A DNA stretch of 51,675 bases from Rickettsiales bacterium (GCA_031287725.1 JAITSP010000052.1:1-51675), one strand, 5' to 3'. Positions 9,527 to 18,805 are shown, counted from the stretch's first letter. Numbers and translations: made by a program. Notes: a model not told the origin generated them from the letters alone.

Positions 9527-12346
9527 ATGGAAAATCCTATGAAAAAGAGACACTATCTAATTTACTTTGTCCTAGTTATGCTGCCTAGCCTAGGCCTCCA
9601 CAGCGGGCCAGCCGGGAATAGCTGGGCATCAGGCTTTCCCTCTGGAGCTGAGGGCAATAGCTTTCCTGAGGTTAAAAGTACCCGGCTAAGACTAGAAAAA
9701 ATATCCGCCGCCAGGGATTCTACCGTTGAAATGATGGAAGCTCTTCTGAGGAAAAGTTCGAAAACAGCTATGGCCAATGCAAGGTATGCCAAGCTGGCTG
9801 AGATGACTATAGACGCACTGGTTGACTCTGCCGGACAGCTTCTGAAGTTGCTGGAGCTGAGCCCCCTAGGGGTAGACTCTGCTAATATACTACCCATGGC
9901 GCCCCACCTAGAAATCTTTCTAAAGGCAGTAAAAGTTTTTCTAGATGTAGTGGATCAAATTCGTAGGGTAGATGTGGACAGGACAAGCGCCTCTGCCTGC
10001 TTTTACACTGTGGCTGAAGTTTTTAAGCTCATTAGGAGGGCCATGGGGACTATTTTTGACTTGAAAGGTTTACCTTGGCTTATTTATGGCGAAATTAATC
10101 ATCTGTACCGAAGGGTTAGTAATGTGCTTCGGCTCCACGAATGTCTGATGACTGAGATACTAATATTTTCGAGTGTTTCTGTTGATCCTATGGAAAAGGA
10201 TGAGGGGGGAGGAAAAATGATGGTAGTGGTGGAAAAGAGCGATGAAAGCAATAGAGGTGTAGAGAATGATAGGGGTGGTGAAGCCGATAGAGGTGAGGAA
10301 GGCAACAGATCTGAAGGCAGTGGTCTCCAGAGGGCTGAGGATAGCCAGCTGGGACTAGAAGAAATACCTACGGACAAGGATCGCGCTGTTAAAATTGTGG
10401 CCCTGTTCCTGAGAAAAATCCTAGCCGAAACTGTGACCGGGGCAGATTGCGACAAACTGGCACAGCTGATCCTAGGTACACTAGTCGGCTCTATCGAGCA
10501 GTTTTCTAGGTTGTCGGGATCGATCACTCTAGGGTCATCGACGATAGATGTGGGTGACGTAGCTGCAACCTCTATGAGTTCCCTTCTAGATCTGCTGTGT
10601 CAAATTTATGGAATAGATGACTACAGAGATGATAGACTAGGTTATATCATCGGCAACGTCATTGAGCGGCTCGATGTGACCATGAGTATTATTTTGGTTT
10701 TTGCCTGTGAGTCTGTGCTTGCTCCGGCCGAAATTTTTACTCTGTGCCTAGGAGCCCAGGATATGTTTCAGCTCTACAGAGAGCTGAAATCTAGCCATGC
10801 TCTGGCCTACTTTCCAGATGGGCCAACTGGCTTTCTAGAGGCTTTCCTCGGACTTAGAAAAAAGAGGGTGGGGGTAGGAGAAATGGTAGAGAAAGAGGAG
10901 GAGAGAAAAAGGGAGGATAGAAAAAAATATCTGAAAGTGACTAGAGATGAGCTGGACTCAGGAAGAGAATTGATGAACCGTCTTCTGGAGAATAGAGGGC
11001 GGCTGTCTAGCCTAGCTGCGAAAATGGAGAAGGCGAAGAGGTTGGAAGAGAAAAGAAAGAGAGAAAAGGAAGAGAAGAGGAAGAGAGAGGAGGAAGAGGA
11101 AAGAAGGGAGGAGAAAAGAAGAAAGAAAGAGGAAAATAGAAGGAAAAGAGAGGAGGAAGAGAAAAGGGATGAGGAGATTAGGAAAAAGGAGGAGGAGAGA
11201 AGAATCGAGAATGAACTGAGGAAAAGGGAGGAGAGGAAAAAGAATGCTGCGGAGGAGAAAGAGAGGCTAGAGCAGGAGGCTAGGGAGTCAGAACGGAGGA
11301 GGAGACAGAATGCAGAGTCGAAGCCCTGGGCCAACAGAACTCGCAAAGGAGAGAAGGATAGTGAGAAGTCCCCCCCAGTGCCCTCAGCTAAAACAAAGAA
11401 GAAGAAAGAGAAAGCTGGGGGAAAGGGGAAGGAGGCGAATGGGAAAAAACTAGGGAAAGTCCAGAGTGGTAGAAAAGCAGAGAGAAAAGGAGGAGAAACG
11501 AAGTTTGAGCCAGAAAAGGAGAGAGAACCCTGGGAAGAGAGGAAAAAAAGGGGGGTAGCGGGAGGAATGCCTATCGAACGGACGAATGGAGAAAATCCTG
11601 GGAAAAACAATCTAAAATTGCTAAAGAATACTCCTAGGGGAAAAGAAAAGGAGCTAGTGGAAACTCCAGCCGGGAGACAGGGAAAAAATAAAAAGAAAGA
11701 AGATAGGGAGAAAGAGGAGGGACTGGAAAAGATGGGGTCTAGTGGTGCTAGCGTGGAGTCCGTTCCAGAGGTACATTCAGAGGAACAATCTCCTCTGGAC
11801 GGATTGTCGATGCCGCTAGAGTTGATATTCGAGATACCCGATCCGGATGAACTGCTTCTCTGGATGGAGGGACTCTTTGGGTCCGATGGCGACCCCGATG
11901 GGAAGCTGCAGAACCCAGAGAAGACGCCGCCGCTGGTGTTTGGCGAGCCATTTTCCCATGTGACTAGTCTGCCGACTGAAGAAGTCTCAGCCATTTCATC
12001 CCCTCCGGTTCTTTTTATCTCCCTGGCGAACAGCGACGATGGCGGCCAAAATGGAGAGGAGGACAATGATTTACGGCCTGAACTCCCAAATACTCTGTGG
12101 ACTGGGACCCAGACCGTTACACCCCCTCCGGGTCTTTCCAACTCCCCGGCGAACAGCCCGCGGACTAGAACCCAGGCCGTTACACTCCCTCCGGGTCTTT
12201 CCATTTCTCCAGTGGGTGATGATGAAAACCAAAATGAAGATGAAAATGGGCAAGCATTGGCAGTTGGGTATCTAGATTTCAGCAAAATATCTAAATCTAT
12301 CTTTCTCCCCTTCCCTGATTTTTTTCATTTTCCAGGTTTAAAGTAG
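9527..12346 (+). CDS. Large (939 aa) secreted/effector-like protein with central Glu/Lys/Arg block
   Basis: Long ORF starting 35 nt after the giant gene. Signal-peptide-like N-terminus (YLIYFVLVMLPSLGLHSGPAG), helical-looking N-domain, E/K/R block (about 10990-11300), and Pro-rich C-terminus with the repeat TQ(T/A)VT(P/L)PPGLS. Confidence 0.75.
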   Translation: MENPMKKRHYLIYFVLVMLPSLGLHSGPAGNSWASGFPSGAEGNSFPEVKSTRLRLEKISAARDSTVEMMEALLRKSSKTAMANARYAKLAEMTIDALVDSAGQLLKLLELSPLGVDSANILPMAPHLEIFLKAVKVFLDVVDQIRRVDVDRTSASACFYTVAEVFKLIRRAMGTIFDLKGLPWLIYGEINHLYRRVSNVLRLHECLMTEILIFSSVSVDPMEKDEGGGKMMVVVEKSDESNRGVENDRGGEADRGEEGNRSEGSGLQRAEDSQLGLEEIPTDKDRAVKIVALFLRKILAETVTGADCDKLAQLILGTLVGSIEQFSRLSGSITLGSSTIDVGDVAATSMSSLLDLLCQIYGIDDYRDDRLGYIIGNVIERLDVTMSIILVFACESVLAPAEIFTLCLGAQDMFQLYRELKSSHALAYFPDGPTGFLEAFLGLRKKRVGVGEMVEKEEERKREDRKKYLKVTRDELDSGRELMNRLLENRGRLSSLAAKMEKAKRLEEKRKREKEEKRKREEEEERREEKRRKKEENRRKREEEEKRDEEIRKKEEERRIENELRKREERKKNAAEEKERLEQEARESERRRRQNAESKPWANRTRKGEKDSEKSPPVPSAKTKKKKEKAGGKGKEANGKKLGKVQSGRKAERKGGETKFEPEKEREPWEERKKRGVAGGMPIERTNGENPGKNNLKLLKNTPRGKEKELVETPAGRQGKNKKKEDREKEEGLEKMGSSGASVESVPEVHSEEQSPLDGLSMPLELIFEIPDPDELLLWMEGLFGSDGDPDGKLQNPEKTPPLVFGEPFSHVTSLPTEEVSAISSPPVLFISLANSDDGGQNGEEDNDLRPELPNTLWTGTQTVTPPPGLSNSPANSPRTRTQAVTLPPGLSISPVGDDENQNEDENGQALAVGYLDFSKISKSIFLPFPDFFHFPGLK

Positions 12347-12399
12347 TTTTTCCTCCGGAGAACGGTGGAATAGGCTATCCCCTCTCTAGTCCAACAGGC

Positions 12400-12426
12400 C
12401 CCCAGCCCTCCTCCGGAGGGCTGGGG
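12400..12426 (+). terminator. GC-rich hairpin downstream of the 939-aa gene (12-bp stem, 3-nt loop), no U-tract
   Basis: ccccagccctcc-tcc-ggagggctgggg; the arms are exact reverse complements. Lack of a T-run lowers confidence that it is an intrinsic terminator. Confidence 0.35.
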
Positions 12427-12671
12427 TGGTTCTGGCTGGGGACTCAGACTATGTCCCTCCGATCCCCCAGGGAAAATGAATTTAATCTGTAAAAATGTTG
12501 CTCAACATCATTTCTATGATAGAGGAAATTTTTTCCGGGAAAAGTTGTGATGACGGTAGGATGTGGAGAAATCTTTAGACTAGTTGAGTTGGGAGGGGGA
12601 TTACACTTAGAACCACCGTTGACGGTGCCAGCAAATGCAGTGGAATTTCTATGAGATCCCCTCTGGTCCGT

Positions 12672-12699
12672 TTGACATTGGGAAAGTTCAGTCTAGAGT
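12672..12699 (+). promoter_or_regulatory. Putative sigma70-type promoter of rubrerythrin gene
   Basis: ttgaca (12672-12677), 16-nt spacer, tagagt (12694-12699), 28 nt upstream of the ATG. Confidence 0.35.
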
Positions 12700-12727
12700 T
12701 AGACCATCAGATATTTATTTATAGACT

Positions 12728-13282
12728 ATGAGAAAGTTTAGGTGCCCAGTATGTGGGGAGATTCTAGACGAGGGTGTGGAGCTATGCCCTGTCTGCGGGA
12801 CTAGGTCGGACAAGTTTGTCCTGATTGAGGAAAAGGAAAAGGGAGGAGCTGCTCTGGCAACAGAACATATAATAGGAGAGGGTCTTAGCTGCGCCGACCA
12901 GGAAGTCATCAGCGGTCTGAGAGCCCACTTCAGTGCCGAGTGCACTGAGGTTGGTATGTATCTGGCCATGTCCAGAGCCGCTGACCGAGAGGGATTCCCC
13001 GAGGTGGCCGAGGCCTACCGGAGGATAGCTCTAGAGGAGGCGGAGCACGCGGCAAAGTTCTGTGAACTGCTGGGTGAGCTGGTATCCCCTTCCACAGAGG
13101 AAAATCTGACCCGAAGGGTTGAGGCTGAGTTCGGGGCTACGGAGTCTAAGTACAAAATAGCAAGCAGAGCCAAGAAGATGGGATTTGATGCTGTCCACGA
13201 TACGGTCCATGAGATGGCCAAGGATGAGGCGCGGCATCATAACATCTTCAGGAGCCTGCTCAGGAGGTACTTTAGGAAGTAG
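12728..13282 (+). CDS. rbr: Rubrerythrin with N-terminal rubredoxin-like domain (reverse rubrerythrin architecture)
   Basis: N-terminal CPVCG...CPVCG four-Cys knuckle followed by a ferritin-like diiron domain with ExxH motifs ([16 protein letters not shown]). Confidence 0.85.
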   Translation: MRKFRCPVCGEILDEGVELCPVCGTRSDKFVLIEEKEKGGAALATEHIIGEGLSCADQEVISGLRAHFSAECTEVGMYLAMSRAADREGFPEVAEAYRRIALEEAEHAAKFCELLGELVSPSTEENLTRRVEAEFGATESKYKIASRAKKMGFDAVHDTVHEMAKDEARHHNIFRSLLRRYFRK

Positions 13283-13350
13283 TTTAGCAGCTCCTCGAGG
13301 AGGAATCCCCTCTGCCGCTAGGCGAGAGAGCAGGTCCGTCCCGCTCCGGC

Positions 13351-15471
13351 TCAGCGGAGGCCCTCTAGGATGCCGAGCACACTTTCGGCGTTGGCTAGGG
13401 GGTCCAGCTGTCGGTTGACCCCGAATAGTAGGTTCTCCTGGGAGAGTCTAACGGTGTCCCGGTGCTGGACGGTGTAGGCTAGTAGCCTTTCGGGATTGGG
13501 GAAGAGGTTTCTATGGAAGCAAACTAGAAGTCCGTCATCCCTGAGCACGAGTCTCTGCACATTTACTCCTCTGCATCTTAGCCTGAGGAGCGAGAGGTCC
13601 ATAAGATTAGAGATGCTCTTCGGAATCTCGCCGTGGTCCGCTCTCAGCTCCTCCTCCGTCCGTTTTCTGTCCTCCTCGCCCCTCAGGGTCGCTATTCTTC
13701 TGTAGAACTTTATTCGGACACTGACATTGGCAATGTATTCCGGAGGTATGGTGCTCGGGAGGTTTAGCCTAATTTCCGGAGAGAACTCCCACTCCTGATC
13801 CGAGCTGGAGTGGGAACCGCCGCTGTTCCTGTGGTTCTCCAGAGCCTTCTCCAGCATACTGTTGTAGAGCTCTAGGCCGACCTCTCTCATGTGTCCAGTC
13901 TGTGACTCCCCTAGTATATTTCCAGCACCCCTTATCTCCATATCCTCCGAAGAAATCACAAAGCCAGCTCCAAGACTATCTATGGCTCCGATTATCTCCA
14001 ACCTTCTTCTGGCTGAGTCAGTGATCATCTCGTTCTTTTTTACTGTGAGGTAGGCATAGCCCTGCACCCTATTTCTACCCACTCTACCCCTCAGCTGGTA
14101 GAGCTGGGCCAGTCCAAAATTATTAGCCCGGTAGACGATGAGGGTATTGGCTAGCGCTATGTCTATGCCATTTTCCACTATGGTGGTTGCGATGAGGACC
14201 CTACGAAGGCCATCATAGAACTCATTCATTATTCTTCCGGATTCTTCGCTGCTCATTCTGCCGTGTATGACGTAGTAGTCTAGGTCCGGCATGATCATTT
14301 TCAACCTCGCCCTCACCTCAGCTATGTCCGCAATTCTCGGAACGACGATGAAAACTCGACCGTCCCTTGCCAATTCCCTCTCTAGGGCCTCTTCCATCAG
14401 GCTATCCCGGTATTCCGAGACGATGGTTATCACATTACTCCTATTAGCCGGCGCTGTCGCTAGGAGAGACACATCTCTGATGCCCGCCATGGCCATCTGG
14501 AGCGTTCTCGGAATGGGAGTGGCTGTCATCGATAGCAGATGGGAATTTATTTCCAGCTCCTTAAGTTTTTCTTTCTGATTCACCCCAAATCTCTGTTCCT
14601 CATCAACTATCACTAGGCCCAGATTCCTGAACCTCACATTTTCAGAGAAAATTGCGTGGGTGCAGATTAGTATGTCCACCAGGCCATTTTCCAGATCTGC
14701 TCCTATCTTCTGGGTTTCCAGTCTAGAGTTATACCTAGAGAGGCTTCTAATTACCACATCTGTGCCTCTGAATCTTTCCAAAAATTTGTCGTAGTGCTGT
14801 CTGCAGAGCAGTGTGGTCGGAGCAACTAGAACAACCTGGCCCCTGCGCCCATGGTCTCCGCCGGCAACGATGAAGGCTGCCCGCAGAGCAACCTCCGTCT
14901 TCCCATAGCCCACATCACCGCAGAGTAGTCTATCCATCGCAATGCCACTGGCCAGATCGCTTCGAATCTCCTCCACGGCCTTCAGCTGGTCGGGAGTCGG
15001 TTCGAAGGGGAAGCCGCCGCAGAATTCTTCATATTCTCCGTCTCCTAGGCTAAAGATCCGAGCACTCTTGAGTTTTCTGGCGCTGGCCGTGGCTATGAGC
15101 TTGGTGGCTATATTTTTTATCTTTTCTCTGATCTTTGCCTTCCTCTCGGTCCAGGTTTTTGAGCCCAGAGAGTCCAGCTTTATATTTCCAGCGGATTCTC
15201 CATACTTCGTTATTAGATCACAGTTTTCCACCGGAACCAGTAGAGAGGCGCTGTTCCTGTACTCTATCCGTATGAAATCACTCCTATTGCCATCTATTTC
15301 TATGGTTTCGAGGCCAATGAACCTGCCTAGCCCATAGTCCGAGTGAATCACAAGGTTTCCCTTCCTCAGAGAGGACTGCTCCCTGAGGATTCTATCCAGA
15401 AACCCACTGAGGCTGCTCTGCCCTGGACCGTCCTCCTCTGGAATATCATCTTCCCGTATTCTCAGAGCCAT
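13351..15471 (-). CDS. mfd: Transcription-repair coupling factor Mfd, N-terminally truncated form (706 aa; RID + translocase + C-terminal domain only)
   Basis: Starts at the CarD/TRCF RNAP-interaction domain (GNLVIHSDYGLGRFIGLETIEIDG...LLVPVENCDLITKYG). Has Walker A GDVGYGKTEVALRAAF and the DEEQRFG box, helicase C motifs (LATTIVENGIDI, QLRGRVGR) and a TRCF C-terminal region. No UvrB-homology D1-D3 region. Confidence 0.9.
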   Translation of the reverse strand: MALRIREDDIPEEDGPGQSSLSGFLDRILREQSSLRKGNLVIHSDYGLGRFIGLETIEIDGNRSDFIRIEYRNSASLLVPVENCDLITKYGESAGNIKLDSLGSKTWTERKAKIREKIKNIATKLIATASARKLKSARIFSLGDGEYEEFCGGFPFEPTPDQLKAVEEIRSDLASGIAMDRLLCGDVGYGKTEVALRAAFIVAGGDHGRRGQVVLVAPTTLLCRQHYDKFLERFRGTDVVIRSLSRYNSRLETQKIGADLENGLVDILICTHAIFSENVRFRNLGLVIVDEEQRFGVNQKEKLKELEINSHLLSMTATPIPRTLQMAMAGIRDVSLLATAPANRSNVITIVSEYRDSLMEEALERELARDGRVFIVVPRIADIAEVRARLKMIMPDLDYYVIHGRMSSEESGRIMNEFYDGLRRVLIATTIVENGIDIALANTLIVYRANNFGLAQLYQLRGRVGRNRVQGYAYLTVKKNEMITDSARRRLEIIGAIDSLGAGFVISSEDMEIRGAGNILGESQTGHMREVGLELYNSMLEKALENHRNSGGSHSSSDQEWEFSPEIRLNLPSTIPPEYIANVSVRIKFYRRIATLRGEEDRKRTEEELRADHGEIPKSISNLMDLSLLRLRCRGVNVQRLVLRDDGLLVCFHRNLFPNPERLLAYTVQHRDTVRLSQENLLFGVNRQLDPLANAESVLGILEGLR

Positions 15472-15765
15472 AGAGTTCCAAAATGGCAGACAGACGCCGC
15501 CCTATCTGGCAGCGAAATAGGGTCTGGGGCCAGAAAATAGCGTTTCACAGATGTTTCTCGTCGGTAGGGCATCGGGCTAGTAAATGCCTTTATTTTTAAT
15601 AATCAATTGAATTCAATTTTTTAGATTTCCTAAAAAATTTATGCCGACATGGCTTCCCACTGCTGGAATAGCGCACTTTTCCCATATAAATTGGCCTGTC
15701 AATTTTCCAAAGGTTAATTGATAATTATTTATTAACCTCTAGATTCTCCTCTAGAGTAAAATTTA

Positions 15766-16407
15766 TTGGAGTTTCTAGTGAATCTCAGAAATGAAGAGAA
15801 GATTTTTGATAGTCTCTACGGGCCAGACGTCGATGGCCACAAAATATCCCATGCGGGAAGGGCAGAGATGGAAGAAGAAGACAGAAAATATCTCATCTAC
15901 GGGGAGCTACCCTTTTCAGAGTTTGTACACATCTTCAGAGAGCCAGCGGTAGCTGAAGATGTTGAGAAATCGGAAATATTCTATGACCTTGGATCGGGGA
16001 TGGGGAAGATTCTGATCGAAGCTGCCCTGACGCTGCCAAAATTAAAAAAAATCATAGGCATAGAGGTGGTCAGGACGCTCTACGAGGCGTCAAACAAAAT
16101 AAAACAGAAGCTCAGATTCCATAGGGAGGCGGCTGCCAACAAAATTGAGGTTGTGCACGGCAATTTCCTGGGTTTTGACTACACCAGACAGCCTCCGGAT
16201 GTGGTTTTTGTGCACTATCCTATGCACAATGCGGAGAGTCTCTACCTGGAGCTGGAGGAGAAACTTGCCAATGAGCTGAAACCCGGAGCTCTTATCATTT
16301 CTGGCATAAGGCGTCTGCAAAATATAGACAAGTTCATCCCCATAGCCGTAGGAAAAGTTAAATGCAGCTACAGCGAAGCGACCATCTACTACCACAGGAA
16401 AGTCTAG
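15766..16407 (+). CDS. Class I SAM-dependent methyltransferase with DOT1-like motif pattern
   Basis: SAM motif I FYDLGSGMGKILIEAA. DOT1-like pattern: YGE..F upstream, GIE, HGNFL, VVFV, LANELKPGALIIS, C-terminal YYH. The ORF-track start is TTG and the true start is uncertain (first in-frame ATG is about 33 codons in). Confidence 0.7.
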   Translation: MEFLVNLRNEEKIFDSLYGPDVDGHKISHAGRAEMEEEDRKYLIYGELPFSEFVHIFREPAVAEDVEKSEIFYDLGSGMGKILIEAALTLPKLKKIIGIEVVRTLYEASNKIKQKLRFHREAAANKIEVVHGNFLGFDYTRQPPDVVFVHYPMHNAESLYLELEEKLANELKPGALIISGIRRLQNIDKFIPIAVGKVKCSYSEATIYYHRKV

Positions 16408-16712
16408 TGGCTAGCTGGCTCTGAGAATTTTTAACCCTTCTCCTATCCGGTTTCCAGCGGAGGAGATCTCTGGGGCCTGCCCTGGGCCGGGGTGTGGTCC
16501 AACTTTTGCCGTCGGCAGAGCCCGGGGCTTTGAAATTTTCCGGCTGGATTTATTGGAAAGGGCCAGAGGCCTGGTGAATTTTAGCTGAACCTTTGGTGGA
16601 GCAGGCCGGAGAGGGTAACCCGGAGAAGAGGGGGATAGTTGTAAAAATTAATGTTCGGTCATTATCATAAATTTATATTGTATGATATTACATACAATTT
16701 CTCCAAACCGTA

Positions 16713-16740
16713 TTGATTTATAAAAATAATAGTTTAGTAT
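16713..16740 (+). promoter_or_regulatory. Putative promoter of pal
   Basis: ttgatt (16713-16718), 16-nt spacer, tagtat (16735-16740), 30 nt upstream of the ATG. Preceded by the palindrome attgtatg-atatta-catacaat (16677-16698). Confidence 0.3.
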
Positions 16741-16769
16741 CGCGAGCATCTTAATCAATTTGGGTTACC

Positions 16770-17243
16770 ATGAATAGGAAATTGCTTTTGCTACCGTTGA
16801 TCATGCTGGTGCTGAGTGGCTGTGCGGGGAATAAGGACTACGATGTCGTTAGTTCGCAGACCCAGGAGGAAGTTGCTGGCAGTGAGACAGAGATTAGTGC
16901 CAAAACTGGGGAGAGGGTGTTTTTTGCCTTTGACAGCGCTGTGCTGAGAAATAGCGCAAAAAAAACTCTGAAACCTCTAGCCGACAGGTTAGCTAAGGAT
17001 AAAAAGGCGGGGACCGTCACCATCGAGGGTCACTGTGACGAGAGGGGCACGAGAGAGTACAATCTGGCCCTAGGTCACAGAAGAGCTAATTCAGTTAAAA
17101 AGTACTTGGCCTCCAAGGGTGTAGCGCCGAAGAGAATTAAAACTGTGAGCTACGGCAAAGAGAGACCCGAGGTCGTTGGAAGTAACGAAGCTGCCTGGGC
17201 CAAGAACAGGAGAGCTGTAGTTATTGTGTCTGACGGCAAATAG
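16770..17243 (+). CDS. pal: Peptidoglycan-associated lipoprotein Pal (OmpA C-terminal domain)
   Basis: Lipobox LVLSGC. OmpA-like motifs FFAFDSAVL, IEGHCDERGTREYNLALGHRRANSVKKYL, TVSYGKERP. Confidence 0.93.
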   Translation: MNRKLLLLPLIMLVLSGCAGNKDYDVVSSQTQEEVAGSETEISAKTGERVFFAFDSAVLRNSAKKTLKPLADRLAKDKKAGTVTIEGHCDERGTREYNLALGHRRANSVKKYLASKGVAPKRIKTVSYGKERPEVVGSNEAAWAKNRRAVVIVSDGK

Positions 17244-17406
17244 CTGACAGACAGCATCCCCAGATAGTCCTCCGAGGAGCACCCCGGCCGGGGTACAGCC
17301 GGAGAGGGATCTGGGGTGGGTCCGTTTCACCCCTCGCGGCGGAGACAGGAGGTCAACTCTGTCTGACGACGGGTATCTGGGCTGTTGCTAATTTTTACAG
17401 TGGGCG

Positions 17407-18528
17407 ATGTGGAAAAGATTACTGAGTGCCAGGCGGGTTGTTATCATATCTGACTATGCTATAGAGAGTAGGAGAGAGGGGTTCCTTGCGAGGGCGTCTC
17501 GCTTTGTGCTATTTCTGTGGCTAGTACTTTCCACCAGCTCGTTTTTTTTCGGTCTAGCGAGACAGAGGGAACGGGCCAGGGAGGTTTTCAGACTAAAGCT
17601 GATTAACGGCGAACTGAGCGAGAGAGTAGAGAATTTGACCAAGGCTGTTAGCGAGCTGGGACACCATTTTCATACCCTAAACTACTATGACAGGTTTAGC
17701 AGGTTTGACATGGACAGAGTCGCTGCGGCCGCTGTCAGTCCCGAAGAAGCTGGGAAACAGAAACTATCCCGAGTTGGGGACTATGCCCGGGCAAAACTCG
17801 TCCTCGCAGAGTTGGCGAAGAATGTTTCGCTGATAAATGATGAGATTGAACTGAGGGTGGATGGCCTCCGGGGTGTTCTGAGACTGGTATCGCTGGATAG
17901 TGCCAGCCTGGACGCTGCCCCCGGGTCGGAGGGAGGCGGTGCAACCTCTAGGATGCTTCGGGGACTGGAGCGCCTCGCTCTGATAGAGCAGCGCCTAAAT
18001 CTGGCCCCGCTGATGGAGCCGATGCGGGACTATCGTGTATCCAGCCGCTATGGTCTGCGCCCGGATCCATTCAGTGGGGCAATAAAGGTTCATAGTGGCA
18101 TTGACCTGGCCGGTCCCCACAGGTCAGCTATTCTAGCTCCTGCCCAGGGCCTGGTGGTTGCCGTTCGTTCCAGCAGAGGGTTGGGAAAAACCATCGTTCT
18201 GGACCACGGCCAGGGCATAACCACAACCTACGGACACCTGGACCAGGCCTACGTTAGCGTTGGTGATCGTGTGAATAGAGGGGATTCCATTGCGGTGCAG
18301 GGTGGCAGTGGCATAAGATCCACGGGAAGTCATCTGCACTACGAGGTGAGTGTTCCGATGGCTGGTGGTTCTGGAAATTTGGCCGATCTAAAGGCAAGAA
18401 GGACTCCATCCAGGACTAGGACCAGTCCGGTGGACCCAAATAATTTCATGAGAGCCGGGAAACTTCTAGATATTGCCGTTAGCACGGGGAATAGGCCAAG
18501 AAAAAAGGGTAGTGCCGTTCTCTACTAG
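17407..18528 (+). CDS. M23/LytM-family metallopeptidase with N-terminal membrane anchor and coiled coil
   Basis: N-terminal TM segment (FVLFLWLVLSTSSFFFGL). M23 motifs HSGIDLAGP (HxxxD) and GSHLHYEV (HxH). Confidence 0.85.
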   Translation: MWKRLLSARRVVIISDYAIESRREGFLARASRFVLFLWLVLSTSSFFFGLARQRERAREVFRLKLINGELSERVENLTKAVSELGHHFHTLNYYDRFSRFDMDRVAAAAVSPEEAGKQKLSRVGDYARAKLVLAELAKNVSLINDEIELRVDGLRGVLRLVSLDSASLDAAPGSEGGGATSRMLRGLERLALIEQRLNLAPLMEPMRDYRVSSRYGLRPDPFSGAIKVHSGIDLAGPHRSAILAPAQGLVVAVRSSRGLGKTIVLDHGQGITTTYGHLDQAYVSVGDRVNRGDSIAVQGGSGIRSTGSHLHYEVSVPMAGGSGNLADLKARRTPSRTRTSPVDPNNFMRAGKLLDIAVSTGNRPRKKGSAVLY

Positions 18529-18777
18529 AGGGAGGCTAGTACGGTAGAATTCCCGCCATCCTTTCCTATTCCCACTAGGGGGGGTTGTTGCAAATTATTT
18601 TAACGTTTCTCCCGTACCTGTCTAGTTTCTCTGCGAAGATGAATTTAATAGAAAGCTAATTTACGACGGGGTCTCCATGGTGCAAAACAAAAAATCTGGA
18701 ATACTCGGGGGATGGTCTGGAGATACCTCCCGTGGGCTAGACTGACTGTGGAGCCCCTTTGCTGTCCATCCGCCAGC

Positions 18778-18805
18778 GGTCCACCCTCTCCGGAGAGGGT
18801 GGACC
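18778..18805. other. Perfect 28-nt GC-rich palindrome centred on tccgga
   Basis: ggtccaccctctcc/ggagagggtggacc; the two halves are exact reverse complements. Lies in the 455-bp intergenic region and is followed by an A-run rather than a T-run. Confidence 0.8.

Noticed and set aside
10807-12285. 492-aa minus-strand ORF
   Set aside because: It is antisense to the 939-aa gene's E/K/R and Pro-rich regions. It is Ser/Phe/Leu low-complexity with no start context, and the plus-strand ORF is longer and has a signal peptide.
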